A stretch of DNA of 64,000 nucleotides. It comes from an uncultured Gemmatimonadales bacterium (GTDB lineage: Bacteria > Gemmatimonadota > Gemmatimonadetes > Gemmatimonadales > GWC2-71-9). The notes under the pieces were generated by a model, which saw only the letters and a program-made list of their open reading frames with translations, was not told the origin of the DNA and did not search any database. Positions 62,676 to 64,000 of this stretch are shown piece by piece. Position 1 is the stretch's first letter, and each line of letters begins with the position of its first letter. A program made the position numbers and the translations under genes. The stretch spans positions 32,001 through 96,000 of the forward strand of contig CAWGED010000014.1 of the NCBI GenBank assembly GCA_963821525.1. The letters are read 5' to 3'.

Positions 62676-62977
62676 GAACCTCAATCCAGAGCCGGGGACT
62701 GGCTGTTCAGTCTACGTCCCCTGCAATCGGGGTCAAGGGAATGCTACCAAGGGGAGGGAGGGTACGACTAAAGGGTAATCTTCTATTGGTACGACCGTGC
62801 CATATCTTGAAACAGACCGAAGAGCGGACGCGCAATGAGTGGGTAACGCGGCAGCCGGGTCCTCCCAAACAAGCAAGGAAGGGTTTTCTCCTTTCGCTAC
62901 GCCGACGCAGCGAGCGCCAGCGTGGGCTGACGCTTGTACGGAATGGCCAGACCAAGAGCGACATGAACGAGGGTAGC

Positions 62978-64000
62978 ATGGCGGACGAGCTGGGCACCAT
63001 TGCTCAAGAGGCGTACATCTACCTGTACCCTCTGGTCACGATGGATTTGACGCGCCGACAGCTCACTAACATCGAGTTCGGCCGGGTGCCGGGTCGTGGT
63101 CCGATCAACACCTTCGCCCACATGCGCACCTTCCCCGATGGGGACTTTCGCGATGTGTTCGGCCGAATTTCGATACCCTGTATTCCACCGCCTGGCTCGA
63201 CGTGAGCCGGGAGCCGATGGTAATCTCCGCCCCGGAGGCTCAAGGCCGGTATTATCTGCTGGCGATGCTCGACATGTGGACCGACGTGTTCGCGGTCCCG
63301 GGGAAGCGCACGACCGGAACCTGTCCCGGCCACTGGGCGATCGTCGGGCCGGGCTGGACCCGCCAGCTGGCTGGTGACCTGGAGCGCATCACCTCGCCGA
63401 CGCCATTTGTCTGGATGATTGGGCGGACCCAGACCAACGGCCCGGAAGACTACCCAGCGGTGAAGGCGGTCCAGGACGGCTTCGTCATCACGCCGCTTTC
63501 GCAGTGGGGAAGAGAACGGCACCCGCTCAACGGCTCGATAGATCCTACGGTGGACATGGTGACGCCGCCGCTCGAGCAGATAAACAAGATGCCGCCGCTA
63601 CAGTTCTTCGCCTACGCGGCCGAGCTGCTAAAGATCAATCCACCCCACTTCACCGATCAGCCAATCATTGCCCGGATGAAGCGCCTCGGATTGGCGGTGG
63701 GAAGGAGCTTCGATACCGAGAAGGCGGATCCAGCAATCCGTCGGGCTCTCGAGCAGGGAGCGGCGGATGGATTCGAGGCCATGCAGGCGGCAGACCCGGC
63801 GATGGGGCGCCTGGTCAATGGCTGGCAGATCAACACGACAACGATCGGAGTGTACGGCACCAACTACCTGCAGCGCGCCATCATCGCGATGGGCGGTCTC
63901 GGCGCCGACCTGCCGGAAGACACGGTTTGTCCGTTGTTGCTCACCGACAGCGACGGGAAACCCATCGATGGCAGCAATCGATACCTGCTCCACTTCGACA
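62978..64000 (+). CDS. DUF1254/DUF1214 family protein (3' truncated; indel near 63160)
   Basis: EAYIYLYPLV, NFDTLYSTAWLD, DMWTDVF, GRTQTNG, GVYGTNYLQRA. Confidence 0.85.

Noticed and set aside
39882..64000. Prophage or integrative element inserted at ssrA
   Set aside because: No integrase, phage or conjugation genes; core purEK lie in the region; the same host repeat families continue through it.

Overview
High-GC bacterial chromosome segment. Gene order and protein style suggest Gemmatimonadota, but this is an inference and was not tested. Bases 1-39.9 kb are mostly core genes on the + strand: rpsB-tsf-pyrH-frr-uppS-cdsA-dxr-rseP, an orphan chemoreceptor, a GldA/GldFG/DUF4340-like ABC system, a Ser/Thr kinase (-), rpsO-pnp, M16 peptidase, ald, dut, mreBCD-mrdA-rodA, accD, folC, hisS, proS, lysA, guaA, PTS IIA (-), dusB, larB, corA, a GGDEF protein and tmRNA (tag ANSELALAA). 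Downstream of tmRNA is an accessory-type region: TolC-MFP-RND pump, purEK, a two-component pair, about 20 small mostly minus-strand genes, FGE and DUF1254. About 15 genes, several essential, are broken by single-base indels that look like long-read errors. The main unexplained signal is a dispersed set of about 19 short tandem arrays: 17 with a 7-nt period (at least 8 unit families) and 2 with a 9-nt period. Most form inverted pairs (long imperfect hairpins), start at or inside stop codons, and keep a fixed strand polarity relative to transcription. They recur as exact copies tens of kb apart and contribute C-terminal tails, a signal peptide and the tmRNA terminator. No transposase, integrase, CRISPR array, tRNA or rRNA is visible.
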